Source: Burkholderiaceae bacterium
GTDB taxonomy: Bacteria; Pseudomonadota; Gammaproteobacteria; Burkholderiales; Burkholderiaceae_A
Assembly (NCBI GenBank): GCA_018882785.1
Contig: VERI01000006.1
Coordinates: 11,811-75,810 of the forward strand
DNA: 64,000 nt
Direction of reading: 5' to 3'
The translations under genes were made by a program, and so were the position numbers. Below are positions 38,988 to 49,720 of this stretch, piece by piece. How positions within the stretch are numbered: the stretch's first letter is position 1; each line of letters starts with the position of its first letter. Under the pieces are notes generated by a model. It was given only the letters and a program-made list of their open reading frames with translations, was not told where the DNA came from and did no database searches.

Positions 38988-41900
38988 TTAATGGGCCGGC
39001 ATGACATCCCCGCTGGTCAGCCACTTCGGCCAGCGCTGGGCAACCCAGGCATAGAGCACAGGCAGCACGATTAGCGTCAGAACGGTTGCACTGACCAGAC
39101 CACCGATCACCACGACTGCCAGCGGCCGCTGTGTCTCGGCGCCAATGCCGCGCGATAGCGCCATAGGCAGCAGCCCAAGCATTGCCAGTAGCGATGTCAT
39201 CAACACGGTGCGCAGTCGGGTCAGCGCACCCTCGCGAACGGCCTCTAGTGCCGCAACCCCAGACGCAAGTCGGCCATTAAAATCCGAAACAATCACCACC
39301 CCGTTTAAGACCGCCTGGCCAAACAGGGCGATAAAGCCGATCGCCGCCGAAACCGATAGCGGAATGCCTGTCAGCATCAGCGCAAGAATGCCGCCAATCA
39401 TCGCCAACGGGATGTTCACAATAATCAAGGCCGCACTTGCCACAGAGCCAAACGCATTAAAAAGCAGCAGAAAAATCAACAGTATCGATAAAGGAACCAC
39501 CCACGACAGTCTCGCCATCGCACGCTGCTGGTTCTCAAACTCCCCTGACCAAATAATCGAATAGCCCGCAGGAAGCACCACCCGTTCCGCCACCCGATCC
39601 TGCATGTCCGCCACGACACTGCCCATATCACGATCACGGATGAATACCCCGATTGCTGCTACACGCTGGCCGTTTTCCCGGCTAATGTTCATCGCGCCCT
39701 CGGTCATATGAAAGCGCGAAAATTCCGCTAGAGAAATCTGACCGCCACTACTGGAGGGGACCAGTACCCGATCCAGACTCGGCAGATCACGGGCCTCTGG
39801 CTTAAGCCGAACAACCACACTAAATTTTCGCTCTCCCTCCCAGAGTTCGGTGGCCGCCTTACCCGCCAGTGATGCCTCGACCACATCCTGGACATCGGTG
39901 ATGTTGATGCCATAACGGGCGGCAGCGAGCCGGTCAATTTCAAGGCGAAACTGCGGCAAATTGCCATCGCGATCGATAAAACTCCTTCTCACGCCCTCGA
40001 CGTTTGCAACCTGCTCACGCACCTGACGGGCCAACTCCTTTAACTTCAGTGTGTCATCGCCCTGCAGCTTAATCACGATCTGGCCATCAATCTGGGAGAT
40101 GCTCTCGAGTACGTTATCTCGAATCGGCTGGGAAAATGTCGGCTCAATACCAGGAATGTGCGCGAGCGCAGATTCCATTTCTCGAATCAAACCGTCTTTA
40201 TTTAGCCCCGAACGCCACTGCTGTGCGGGCCTCATCTCGACATAAAACTCTGCCGAACTGAAAATCTTTGGATCAGTGCCATCATCCGGCCGCCCCACCT
40301 TCGAGATCACGGTGGCTACCTCGGGCACCTGCTTAAGTGTTTCGCGGATCATGCGCGCGGATCGTGCTGATTCCTCGGGCGATACCGAGGGTGGTAGCGA
40401 CACATTCACCCAGATCGACCCCTCGTTGAGCTCTGGCAGAAACTCACTTCCCAGCTGCGAGGCGACCACAGCCGCCATGAGAATCGCGCCGATTGCAAGA
40501 CCAAATACCTTCTTGCTCTGACTCAGGCTCCAGTCAAGTGCCCGGGCGTAATGCTTTTTAAACCACTCAACAACGCGGTTGTCATGCTCTGGAACCTTGC
40601 GCAAAAACCAGAAACACGCCAACGGCACGAGTGTGAGCGAAAGAATCAGTGAGCCCACCAGCGCAGAACTCACTGTCCAGGCCATGGGGGAGAAAATCCG
40701 GCCCTCGTGTCGCTGGAGCGTGAAAATAGGAATATGGGCGACGATGATAATCAGCATGGAAAACAAGGTGGGCCGGCCCACCTCTGTGGCCGCCTTCAAG
40801 ACCGCAAAGCGTCTTAGCCGGGAGATCTCAATTCGCCTTTTTCCAAGCTCGCCGAGCCGCCGAAAAATGTTCTCCACCACAATGACAGCCCCATCGATGA
40901 TGATGCCGAAATCCATTGCACCGAGCGAGAGCAGGTTGGCAGGAATTCCCACAAAGGTGAGCCCAAGAAAAGTGGATAGCAGTGCCAGGGGGATGATCGA
41001 GGCAACAATCAAAGCTGCACGAAGATTGGTTAGAAAGAGCAGCAACACCACAACCACCAGGACTGCACCTTCAGTCAGATTGGTAAACACCGTGGTCAGG
41101 GTCTTATCAATCAGCCACGAACGGTCGTAGTACGGCTGGATCTCCACCCCCTTGGGCAGCTGCATACGATTAATAAATTCAATTTTTTCCTTAATTCCCG
41201 CAAGCACCATCGATGGGTTCTCGCCCTTTCGCATCACGACAATTCCATTGACCATGTCATCGAGATTGCCGTCAGGGCCCGTCTGACCCACCACACCTTG
41301 AGCAGGTGCCCCCCCTTGCCGAACGGACGCGATATCTCTGACCAATACCGGTGTTCCCCTATTGGCAAGGACGACGATATTGGCAATGTCTGCCGAGGAC
41401 CGAAGTTCGCCTAGAGATCGAATCAGGTATTGCTGGTTACCGTGGCTGACCGCACCACCACCGACGTTTGCACTCGCCCGAGACAGGGCCTCGAACAGCT
41501 GCGGCAGAGTGATCTTGTAGTCCCGCATCTTTGCAAGATCAGGATTGACCTCGTACTGCTTGACGGTACCGCCCATGGTGACCACATCCGCCACGCCCGG
41601 CACTCGGCGTAGATGCCGCTCCACCACCCAATCCTGGAGCGTCCGCAGATGCTGCGTGGAGTAGCCTTCGCCCACCAAACGAAAACGAAAAATCTCTCCA
41701 ATTGCAGTCTGGGGAGGCTGGATTCTGATCTCAGCTCCTCGGGGCAGGCTGACGTTTTGTAGCCGTTCATTTACACGCTGCCGGGCCAGCTGATCGGAAG
41801 GCCGATCGTTGAAGGTCATAACGGTGTAGGACAGGCCAAACTGGGTATGGGAAAACAGTCGAACCGAATCAGGTAGCCCGGAGAGCGCGACCTCGATGGG

Positions 41901-42101
41901 CAGGGTCACCTGACGCTCCACTTCCTCGGCCGCACGTCCCGGATACAGCCCGATCACGGTCACCTGGGTATCCGAGACATCCGGAAAGGCCTCAATCGGC
42001 AGATTCTTAAATGCAATCAGCCCCGATACCACGAGGACCAAAAGCCCAAGCAAGACCAGCAGCGGCTGATGAAGCGCGACAAATACGATGCGTCGAATCA
42101 A
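38988..42101 (-). CDS. czcA: CusA/CzcA-family heavy-metal efflux RND permease
   Basis: 1037 aa. The N-terminus NLPIEAFPDVSDTQVTVI is typical of the HME-RND family, and the gene sits in CBA operon order. Confidence 0.85.
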   Translation of the reverse strand: MIRRIVFVALHQPLLVLLGLLVLVVSGLIAFKNLPIEAFPDVSDTQVTVIGLYPGRAAEEVERQVTLPIEVALSGLPDSVRLFSHTQFGLSYTVMTFNDRPSDQLARQRVNERLQNVSLPRGAEIRIQPPQTAIGEIFRFRLVGEGYSTQHLRTLQDWVVERHLRRVPGVADVVTMGGTVKQYEVNPDLAKMRDYKITLPQLFEALSRASANVGGGAVSHGNQQYLIRSLGELRSSADIANIVVLANRGTPVLVRDIASVRQGGAPAQGVVGQTGPDGNLDDMVNGIVVMRKGENPSMVLAGIKEKIEFINRMQLPKGVEIQPYYDRSWLIDKTLTTVFTNLTEGAVLVVVVLLLFLTNLRAALIVASIIPLALLSTFLGLTFVGIPANLLSLGAMDFGIIIDGAVIVVENIFRRLGELGKRRIEISRLRRFAVLKAATEVGRPTLFSMLIIIVAHIPIFTLQRHEGRIFSPMAWTVSSALVGSLILSLTLVPLACFWFLRKVPEHDNRVVEWFKKHYARALDWSLSQSKKVFGLAIGAILMAAVVASQLGSEFLPELNEGSIWVNVSLPPSVSPEESARSARMIRETLKQVPEVATVISKVGRPDDGTDPKIFSSAEFYVEMRPAQQWRSGLNKDGLIREMESALAHIPGIEPTFSQPIRDNVLESISQIDGQIVIKLQGDDTLKLKELARQVREQVANVEGVRRSFIDRDGNLPQFRLEIDRLAAARYGINITDVQDVVEASLAGKAATELWEGERKFSVVVRLKPEARDLPSLDRVLVPSSSGGQISLAEFSRFHMTEGAMNISRENGQRVAAIGVFIRDRDMGSVVADMQDRVAERVVLPAGYSIIWSGEFENQQRAMARLSWVVPLSILLIFLLLFNAFGSVASAALIIVNIPLAMIGGILALMLTGIPLSVSAAIGFIALFGQAVLNGVVIVSDFNGRLASGVAALEAVREGALTRLRTVLMTSLLAMLGLLPMALSRGIGAETQRPLAVVVIGGLVSATVLTLIVLPVLYAWVAQRWPKWLTSGDVMPAH

Positions 42102-43336
42102 GGCTTGCTTCCCTGGGGCGTGCCGGATTCAGGGCGCGCACTCGCGGAACGCAGCAAGATCTGCTGCATATACAGATTGCCATCCGTTACGACGCGCTGA
42201 TTGATCTCCAGCCCCATGACAATCGTGCGGCCCGCAATCTCGCGGATGACTCGAATTTCCTGCCGCGTGTATTTAGTCTCAGAATTCTGAATGAACACAT
42301 AGCGTTTCTCGCCCACCAGAAACACAGCAGTGGAGGGAATTGAAAATAGCCGATCGGCGGCTCCGGATTCCAGTCCGACAGGAAGACTAACCGTGACAAA
42401 CATCTCCCCTTTTAACTGTCGGTTCTGGTTCGGAACGATTCCTCTTAGGCGAAACGTTCGTGTCACCGGATCTAATGACTCAGCGAACTGCACTACTGAT
42501 CCCGAAAACGGCTGATCAGGAAATACCAGTGAGCTCACGCTGATAGGAAAAGGCACCCGTACGGGCATGATCTGTCGAAGATCCAGTTCTCCCAGATCGA
42601 TCCATACCCACAGCTGCGACGGATCTGTCACCAGAAACAAGGCGGTCGATGACTCCTGATCCGCACGAATCTCCTGCCCGGGATTAATGGACATCTCCGC
42701 CACCACACCAGCAATCGGCGAGCGCAGAAGAAAAAGCCCCCCTGCGCTGTCCGTTGGATCATCGCTGGCAGGCTGCGACCGCATAAATTCCGCCTTCGCG
42801 CGTTTATGCTCATTCTCGGAAATTTGTAATTCACGCTGGGACAAGATGCCGGCCTTAAACAACAACCTGGCCCGCTGAAGACTCGACTCTGCAAGCTGAT
42901 AATCCGCCTCGGCCCGGGCGTATTCGCTGGACTGAATTTCTGCTAAAGGCTGGCCCATCTGTACCCGATCGCCGACTTTCACCAGAGAACGAATGACACG
43001 GCCATTAAAGGGGGATCGAACACGACTGGTGCGGTCCTCCGCCCAGGCAAGGCGGCCAGGAAACCCAGTCTCAATGAGGGCTGCCGCATCAACCGATTCT
43101 GTCCGAATGCCATCTGGTCGCTGATGAAAAGTAATAGCGCTCTCATTGACGGTCGGCGGAATACCCGGCCGGACCCGCTTATCTTCCTGTTTGAGCCAGA
43201 AGATTCCGCCGACCAGAATTACTGCAAAAATCGACCACGAGAGCATCAGGCGCCAGCGTAGCTTCAGTACCTGAGATAAGGGTGTAAATGGGTTTGAATG
43301 TGGGTCCACGATCGGGTTCTCGCCAGGCAAGGTCAC
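42098..43336 (-). CDS. czcB: efflux RND periplasmic adaptor subunit
   Basis: Single N-terminal TM, then coiled-coil/lipoyl/beta-barrel layout. It overlaps both neighbouring genes by 4 nt. Confidence 0.8.
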   Translation of the reverse strand: MTLPGENPIVDPHSNPFTPLSQVLKLRWRLMLSWSIFAVILVGGIFWLKQEDKRVRPGIPPTVNESAITFHQRPDGIRTESVDAAALIETGFPGRLAWAEDRTSRVRSPFNGRVIRSLVKVGDRVQMGQPLAEIQSSEYARAEADYQLAESSLQRARLLFKAGILSQRELQISENEHKRAKAEFMRSQPASDDPTDSAGGLFLLRSPIAGVVAEMSINPGQEIRADQESSTALFLVTDPSQLWVWIDLGELDLRQIMPVRVPFPISVSSLVFPDQPFSGSVVQFAESLDPVTRTFRLRGIVPNQNRQLKGEMFVTVSLPVGLESGAADRLFSIPSTAVFLVGEKRYVFIQNSETKYTRQEIRVIREIAGRTIVMGLEINQRVVTDGNLYMQQILLRSASARPESGTPQGSKP

Positions 43337-44676
43337 GGCTGAGTTTCAGGAATGCCAACAAACCGGAATACCGGGTCATCGGCCTGGGGGGAAATTCGCA
43401 GCAGGGCCCTGGCCAGGGCATCTGATTTTTCATACTGAAGACGCGCCTCAAGCGTATCGATCTGAAGTAAACGATAAACGCGCAACGAATCCAACATATC
43501 GAGCAGGCTAATGGCCCGCTGCTCATAAGCCAGACGAATGCTGGACGATAATCGTTCGCCCAAGGGCACGGCATGGTCACGCAGGCGCCGCCAACGGTTG
43601 AGTGCAATGCTTCGCTCTTCTAAAAGTGTTGTCTGCTGAGTGTTGGCCTGCTGCTCTAAACGTTCTCGCTGCAGCAAGGCCGCTGCAAACTCGGCCTCTG
43701 CCCTTGCAAGCTCACCCTCATGCCGATGCCAGGCATAGAGCGGGATCGATATCGAAAGGCCATAGGTATTTCCATCGCCAGCAGGCGCAGGGTATCGATC
43801 GGCCTGAACACCAACAGATACATCGCGTGTGCCCAGCTGGCGGGCGAGTTCACGTGCGGACTTGGCCTGCTCGACCTGGGCCTGGGCAGCCGCAATTTCC
43901 GGTCGGATCGCCAGGACATCGGGCGAGGGGAAATCGCCCTGCAATGCCGGCCAGGGACCCTCGATAGCGAGATCTGTTGGCGGACTCGGAATCGCCAAGA
44001 CAAAAGACAGTAACTGCTGTACTCGGATTCGGTCGGCGCGTGCCTGTGCCTGGTCGTTTTCGATACGCTGTAGATCAATTACCACCCGGCTGTAATCTGC
44101 CTGGGCAATGTCACCCGCCTCGAGTCGAATTCTTGACACCTCCTCGATCCTTCGAAAGTCGACCAGTACCGACTCCAGTAACGATTCGCGCTGGCGGGCA
44201 GCCCAAAGCTCACTCCAGGCATGGGAGAGTGCCAATAACGCCAGGCGGCGCGTATCAGCGGCCTGCCAACGGCTCGCCAGTAAGCCGCTCTCGGCGCGTG
44301 AGATACGCAGACCACGTTTGCCGCCCCGCTCAATCAACTGATCGATCCGCGCCAGCCAATCAATCTGATAGTCCTGGTTCGGCCCCCTGACACCCCGCTG
44401 CGGATTAATGCTGGCCGCACCAAAGGAAGCCTGGGGATTCGGGATCTGGCCGGCGATCACCCGGTCGGCACGGGCTGCATCAAGGGCAGCTGTTGCAAGC
44501 CTGATCTCAGGATTGCAGCGCACCAGACGCTCAACCGCGCCCGCCCACTGAATTGGGCCGGATACGGGCGAACCGCAGCCGGGCTCAGCCTGAACGGACC
44601 CCGCCCCCACCGCTGTGCAGAGCCCCAGCCATAACGACAATCGCCGTGCAGTCGCACCGAGGCGCTTAATCTCCAT
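43333..44676 (-). CDS. czcC: TolC-family outer membrane efflux protein
   Basis: Signal peptide and duplicated OEP repeats. It is the first gene of the CBA operon. Confidence 0.8.
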   Translation of the reverse strand: MEIKRLGATARRLSLWLGLCTAVGAGSVQAEPGCGSPVSGPIQWAGAVERLVRCNPEIRLATAALDAARADRVIAGQIPNPQASFGAASINPQRGVRGPNQDYQIDWLARIDQLIERGGKRGLRISRAESGLLASRWQAADTRRLALLALSHAWSELWAARQRESLLESVLVDFRRIEEVSRIRLEAGDIAQADYSRVVIDLQRIENDQAQARADRIRVQQLLSFVLAIPSPPTDLAIEGPWPALQGDFPSPDVLAIRPEIAAAQAQVEQAKSARELARQLGTRDVSVGVQADRYPAPAGDGNTYGLSISIPLYAWHRHEGELARAEAEFAAALLQRERLEQQANTQQTTLLEERSIALNRWRRLRDHAVPLGERLSSSIRLAYEQRAISLLDMLDSLRVYRLLQIDTLEARLQYEKSDALARALLRISPQADDPVFRFVGIPETQP

Positions 44677-44761
44677 TCGGCAACCCTAAGCCGTTAAACT
44701 TTCAAACTCCTTTCAGCATGAGTCAAATCCCACCACCTCGACCGCCTTTTGGCGTGCAACC

Positions 44762-45481
44762 ATGCCTGGCGAAACCATACTAGTCATTGAAGACGATCCC
44801 CAGATTGCACAGGCAATGGGCTATCGGCTATCCGCAGAGGGGTTCTCCGTGATTGCCGCCTCCGACACGGTAAGCGCCGACCGCCAGCTTGAGTTGGTGA
44901 CCCCCGATCTGGCCATTCTGGACGTGGGACTTCCGGGAGAGGATGGTTTTAGCTGGCTAGATCGACACGCGTTGCTCACCAAGACACTGCCAGTGCTCAT
45001 GCTGACCGCACGCGGCAAGACAGAGGACAAAGTCAAGGGACTGCGGCTCGGTGCGGATGACTATCTCACCAAGCCGTTTGAGTTCGCCGAGCTCCTGGCG
45101 CGCATTGACGCCATTTTGCGACGGCGGCCCAGTCAATCTCATCCGACCACCCAATACGGCAATCTCATCATTCGACACGACGCAAAACGGGTATTCATTA
45201 ATGATCTGGATATCGATCTATCCCCACGGGAATACCATGTGCTGACAGTCTTGGCCGAACAGCCCCAACGGGTCATGAGCAAATCTCAGATTCTTCAGCG
45301 GCTTGCCGATCAGGATTTGAAAGCTGCGGATCTGAATGACTCAACCATTGAAGTCATTGTTCACCGGATCCGTAAAAAATTAGAGTTGGCCAGCGTCGAG
45401 ATTGAGACCGCCAGAGGTTTTGGCTACCTTTTAAAGCCTGCCGCGTTGCCCTCTTCACACTCACCCACGCCATCTTCCTAA
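44762..45481 (+). CDS. OmpR/PhoB-family response regulator
   Basis: Receiver domain (DLAILDVGLPGEDG, DDYLTKPF) and a winged-helix C-terminus. It is divergent from the RND operon. Confidence 0.9.
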   Translation: MPGETILVIEDDPQIAQAMGYRLSAEGFSVIAASDTVSADRQLELVTPDLAILDVGLPGEDGFSWLDRHALLTKTLPVLMLTARGKTEDKVKGLRLGADDYLTKPFEFAELLARIDAILRRRPSQSHPTTQYGNLIIRHDAKRVFINDLDIDLSPREYHVLTVLAEQPQRVMSKSQILQRLADQDLKAADLNDSTIEVIVHRIRKKLELASVEIETARGFGYLLKPAALPSSHSPTPSS

Positions 45482-45482
45482 C

Positions 45483-46904
45483 GTGCGCTCTGCCCCTAGT
45501 CTGAGATCCCTGCTGCTTCTAAGGCTGCTGCCGATCCTGCTCGGCGCCATGCTGATCTCAGGTGCGCTGTCTTATTTTGGCGCAAAGTATTACGTGAACC
45601 AGGCGTTTGATCGGGTTCTGGTCGATACGCTCAATGGCATCTCGAGCCGAATCCTGATCAAAGACCGTCGGCTTGTCTTTGATTTTCCAGAGGCGGCACA
45701 GAAGATATTTGAGTGGGACATTGACGACGCAGCCTATTTCCGAATTGAAAGCCGAAAATCCGGCCATATCGCTGGCCAGACTGATCTGGAATTAACGCTG
45801 CCTGCAATCTCATCACAGGCGACAGCCACCACGATGAGGGACAGTACCTATCGGCAACGAAAAATTCGTGTGGCCATGACGACTGTCACGCCGGCGGGTT
45901 TGGACGACCAGATCCGTGTTGTCGTCGCTGAAACCACAATCTCCAGGGATGTAATGACCCGCGAGATTGCCCTGACTGTGCTGATTGCCCAGCTGGTGCT
46001 CATTGGACTGGCCGTGCTCGTGGTCTGGGTGACCATGCGCCGGGCGATCACCCCAATCTCTCAGGCCGCCCGAGATCTTGAGCAAAGAACACAGCACACT
46101 CAGGAGCCGTTAGATGACTCGCAGATTCCCGAGGAGATTCGTCCCCTGACATCAGCACTCAATGCCCTGCTGTCAAGACTTCATCAGGCACTCGCCCTTC
46201 AACGGCAGTTTGTCGCCGATGCAGCCCATCAGCTGCGTACACCTCTTACCGCACTGCGGCTGCACCTGGAGAATGCCCAGCTCGCCAAGGACCAGGCCGA
46301 TATTCAGCCCATGCTCGCCCAGGTACAGATCGCCGCCAATCGCGCAATCCGAGTTGCCCAGCAGTTGCTTACGCTGGCCGAATCTGAGGAACGGCTGCTA
46401 AGGGGGGACAAAGATACATTCAACGTATCTGCCCTACTGACCGAGATCAAAAATCTCTGGGAGCCGCAGATCTTAAAAAATGGCATGCAGATTTTGATTG
46501 ATTCAAGGCATGCGGACGCCCTTCCCGGACAGGATATCTGGCTGAGCAGCAGCCGAGATCTGGTCGTCCAGATTCTGGATAACCTGATCGATAATGCGCT
46601 GCGTTACTGCCCAAGTGGCTCGACGATCAAATTGTCTGCAGAACAACTATCAGACGCCAGTATTCAAATTGTTGTGGAAGACAATGGCCCAGGAATTCCT
46701 GAATCCGAACGAGCCATGGTGATTCGGCGCTTCTACCGTGGCGACCAATCCCCCAACAATGCACAGCAGCCGCAGAGCCCGGGCAGCGGGCTGGGGCTTG
46801 CGATTGCCCATGAGATCATGATGCGTCTGGGTGGCAAGCTTCAGATAACGACTGCATCATCGGGCCAAGGAACTCAAATCATGCTGACATGTCCACATCA
46901 CTAA
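45483..46904 (+). CDS. sensor histidine kinase
   Basis: Two TM segments flank a periplasmic domain. H-box ADAAHQLRTPLTAL is present, with N, G1 and G2 boxes (DNALRY, DNGPGIP, GSGLGLAI). Confidence 0.9.
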   Translation: MRSAPSLRSLLLLRLLPILLGAMLISGALSYFGAKYYVNQAFDRVLVDTLNGISSRILIKDRRLVFDFPEAAQKIFEWDIDDAAYFRIESRKSGHIAGQTDLELTLPAISSQATATTMRDSTYRQRKIRVAMTTVTPAGLDDQIRVVVAETTISRDVMTREIALTVLIAQLVLIGLAVLVVWVTMRRAITPISQAARDLEQRTQHTQEPLDDSQIPEEIRPLTSALNALLSRLHQALALQRQFVADAAHQLRTPLTALRLHLENAQLAKDQADIQPMLAQVQIAANRAIRVAQQLLTLAESEERLLRGDKDTFNVSALLTEIKNLWEPQILKNGMQILIDSRHADALPGQDIWLSSSRDLVVQILDNLIDNALRYCPSGSTIKLSAEQLSDASIQIVVEDNGPGIPESERAMVIRRFYRGDQSPNNAQQPQSPGSGLGLAIAHEIMMRLGGKLQITTASSGQGTQIMLTCPHH

Positions 46905-47740
46905 TTTGATGAAATTAACTCGCAGAGCCCAAAATGCCTTGCATAGCGGGGATGGAGCTTGGCGAGATCAAGCAACATGAGAAAATCTGCGGTATTGAAG
47001 TCCGGATCCCAGCTGGGCTCAGAGCAAATCACCGCACCCATGCTCAGATACGCTTTTAGTAATGGAGGCTCATTGAAATGTTCCAGCGGCGAAATGGACT
47101 CCAATGGCAATCTAGTTCGAGGATATGCCTGTAAGGCGGGATCAATCTCTGCCTTACGCTGAACATGTTGCCACAAACTTACTGCCTGAGCACCACCATC
47201 CCGCATGCTGACACTTGCGCACCCAACCAGATAACGACAGTGATGTCGCCGCATATACTGGGCGATTGCCTTCCATAACAGCATAATGACCGCACCGGTC
47301 CGGTGATCCGGGTGTACACAGGAGCGGCCTAGCTCGACAAGATCTGGAGCAAACCGTTGCAGCCGGATCAGTGAGAACTCACGCTGACTGTAGTACCCAC
47401 CTATCTTCCTCGCCTGCTCCGGCAACAGAATGCGGTAGGTCCCCACAACCCGCATCGAGCTCCGATCTCGCACGATGATGTGATCACAATAGTCATCAAA
47501 TTCATCCTGGTCGAGACCCTTTTCCGGCCCGTGAAAAACGGCTCCATATTCCTCGGAAAAAACCTGAAATCGAAGCTGCTGAGCATCTCGAACCTCATCC
47601 ACAGAGGATGCAAGCGAGACCCGATACGATTCCGTTTCAATCGCAAAGGAAAGATCAGTCGGCGAAGTCCCCACCCAGGCAGGTACAAAAAAATGCGCTT
47701 CCGCCTTTGTCAGATACCGTTGAATCAACATTTCGGTCAT
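46901..47740 (-). CDS. olsB: OlsB-like N-acyltransferase (ornithine/amino-acid lipid synthase family)
   Basis: Blocks AQQLRFQVFSEE, CDHIIV, VVGTYRIL, ELGRSCVHPDHR and PPLLKAYLSMGA match OlsB as recalled. Confidence 0.75.
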   Translation of the reverse strand: MTEMLIQRYLTKAEAHFFVPAWVGTSPTDLSFAIETESYRVSLASSVDEVRDAQQLRFQVFSEEYGAVFHGPEKGLDQDEFDDYCDHIIVRDRSSMRVVGTYRILLPEQARKIGGYYSQREFSLIRLQRFAPDLVELGRSCVHPDHRTGAVIMLLWKAIAQYMRRHHCRYLVGCASVSMRDGGAQAVSLWQHVQRKAEIDPALQAYPRTRLPLESISPLEHFNEPPLLKAYLSMGAVICSEPSWDPDFNTADFLMLLDLAKLHPRYARHFGLCELISSN

Positions 47741-47747
47741 TGGTTGA

Positions 47748-48824
47748 TTACCTCGTTAGTGGAGTTAAGCTCTCTGATTGACGCTCTTGGGCCTCGAGTG
47801 GTGACCTTAAAGGGACTAATGAGTCGTAAAACTGCTGTGTCGCCAACTCCCAAGTAAATGTCTGTGCGTGAGATATCGCCTTGACACGCGGGATCTTCAA
47901 GGCAGAAAGACATGCCTGACGCAGATCCGGATCCAACGCACCCGCCCCGCCATCACCAATAACGTCGATCGGCCCGACAACGGGATATGCAGCAACTGGG
48001 AGCCCACATGCCATTGCCTCAACCATGACAAGTCCAAAGGTATCAGTCTTACTCGGGAACACGAATACATCGGCGCGACTATAGAGTTCCGCAAGGTCCG
48101 GCTGTGAGAGCACACCCGTCCAGCGCACGTCTGGGTACCGACGTCTTAATTCGTCGCCCAACGGCCCCTCGCCTGCAACCCATTTGACTCCGGGGAGATC
48201 AAGCTCAAGAAACGCTTCGATATTCTTTTCTACAGCAAGCCGACCCACGTAGATAAAGATCGGACTCACCGGATTTGGCGACTGTTGGGGACATCTCGGA
48301 AAGAAAATGTCATGGCTTACACCCCGCGTCCAATAGGTTAGATTTCCAAAGCCTCGGGCGTCGAGCTCCTTCATCAGGGTCTCGGTAGGCACCAACACAG
48401 CAGAGGATGGCCTGTGAAAGGCCTGAAATAATCGATAGAGCCAGCTGACGGGGATTCCGATCCGGGCGTTCACATACTCCGGAAATCGCGTGTGATAGGC
48501 GGTGGTAAACCCCCAGCCCTGACGAATGGCTGCCCTGCGGGCAGCCCATCCTAAGGGGCCCTCTGTTGCGATATGCAATGCATCCGGCTTGATTTCAGCA
48601 ATACAGCGCTCCACTCTTCGAGCGGTCGTGATTGCGAGGCGAATCTCCGGATAGCTGGGACATGGAATCGTCTTGAAAAGAGCGGGTGACACTATCTCTA
48701 CCTGAACCCCCATTCGGCGAAGTTGGCTGGCCGTATTCAATAAGGTTCTCACGACACCATTTACTTGTGGATGCCAGGCGTCTGTAACGATTGCAATGCG
48801 ATGGGGCTTAAATTGAGAGGGCAT
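47748..48824 (-). CDS. GT4-family glycosyltransferase (Agt-like glycolipid synthase candidate)
   Basis: N-terminus HRIAIVTDAWHPQVNGVVRT, plus a C-terminal E-x7-E type block (FPSKTDTFGLVMVEAMACGLPV). Start trimmed to ATG 48824. Confidence 0.8.
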   Translation of the reverse strand: MPSQFKPHRIAIVTDAWHPQVNGVVRTLLNTASQLRRMGVQVEIVSPALFKTIPCPSYPEIRLAITTARRVERCIAEIKPDALHIATEGPLGWAARRAAIRQGWGFTTAYHTRFPEYVNARIGIPVSWLYRLFQAFHRPSSAVLVPTETLMKELDARGFGNLTYWTRGVSHDIFFPRCPQQSPNPVSPIFIYVGRLAVEKNIEAFLELDLPGVKWVAGEGPLGDELRRRYPDVRWTGVLSQPDLAELYSRADVFVFPSKTDTFGLVMVEAMACGLPVAAYPVVGPIDVIGDGGAGALDPDLRQACLSALKIPRVKAISHAQTFTWELATQQFYDSLVPLRSPLEAQERQSESLTPLTR

Positions 48825-49620
48825 GCTCTTCGATCTCCATCTGTTGAGACTGGCGATAGGGCCAATAAACGATCTTGAGTTCTCCAGAGTGCGTCTCGAC
48901 AAGCGCGGAGAGACTCTCAACCCAATCACCGTCGTTGCAATACAAAACCCCGTTGATATCCCGGATCTGGGGCTTGTGAATATGGCCACACACCACACCG
49001 TCATAGCCGCGTCGACTTGCTTCCGCGGTCACAATCTCCTCAAACGAATTGATGAAAGCAACTGCGTTCTTCACTTTATGCTTTAGAAACTGCGACAAAG
49101 ACCAATACGACAGACCGAGTCGGTGCCTCACCTGATTAAAGTGGTGATTCAGTCTGAGTATTAGCGTATAGAGACCATCCCCGAAATGAGCCAGCCAGCG
49201 TGCGTGTTGGATGACGCCATCAAACATATCCCCGTGCATCACCCACAGCCGGCGGCCATCCGCCATCTCATGGACGGCCTCGTCGGCAATCTGAATATCG
49301 CCAAAGGCCAATCCAAGAAACTGCCGAAGCGCTTCATCGTGATTACCTGCAATATAGGTCACTTGCGTTCCTTTACGGGCCTTACGCAAGATCTTCTGAA
49401 TCACATCATTGTGGCTCTGCTTCCAGAACCATCCCTTCTTAAGCTGCCATCCATCGATAATGTCTCCAACAAGATAGAGATACTTCGACTCGTTAGCACG
49501 CAGGAAATCAAGCAGGAACTCCGCTTTACAGCCGGCTGTTCCAAGATGTATATCCGAGATGAAAATTGCCCTGTAGCGATACGGGGCTGGGTCAACGCCA
49601 ATAGGCTCCTGAGGCTTCAT
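48808..49620 (-). CDS. LpxH-family metallophosphoesterase, PlcP-like phospholipase C candidate
   Basis: Blocks FISDIHLG, LVGDIIDGW, AGNHDE and VCGHIH. At 270 aa it is longer than a true LpxH, and it is operonic with the GT4 and olsB genes. Confidence 0.7.
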   Translation of the reverse strand: MKPQEPIGVDPAPYRYRAIFISDIHLGTAGCKAEFLLDFLRANESKYLYLVGDIIDGWQLKKGWFWKQSHNDVIQKILRKARKGTQVTYIAGNHDEALRQFLGLAFGDIQIADEAVHEMADGRRLWVMHGDMFDGVIQHARWLAHFGDGLYTLILRLNHHFNQVRHRLGLSYWSLSQFLKHKVKNAVAFINSFEEIVTAEASRRGYDGVVCGHIHKPQIRDINGVLYCNDGDWVESLSALVETHSGELKIVYWPYRQSQQMEIEEHALSI

Positions 49621-49720
49621 GAGCGCCCACTGTCACATGAAGTGGTTACAACCCCATTACAGTTTTGTGAAGAATTTTTTAAGCTTCGGGTATCTTGGAA
49701 AATAACCGTAAAATTCGCTC

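Noticed and set aside
38988-46904. The czcCBA RND system plus two-component pair as a novel system
   Set aside because: The architecture is canonical heavy-metal efflux (OMF, MFP and HME-RND with 4-nt overlaps, and a divergent OmpR/HK pair). Nothing unusual was seen in the sequence.
48808-49620. Calling this gene lpxH (UDP-2,3-diacylglucosamine diphosphatase of lipid A synthesis)
   Set aside because: It is longer than a typical LpxH and is operonic with a GT4 glycosyltransferase and olsB rather than with lpx genes. The PlcP-type phospholipase C interpretation fits the context better, though it is unverified.
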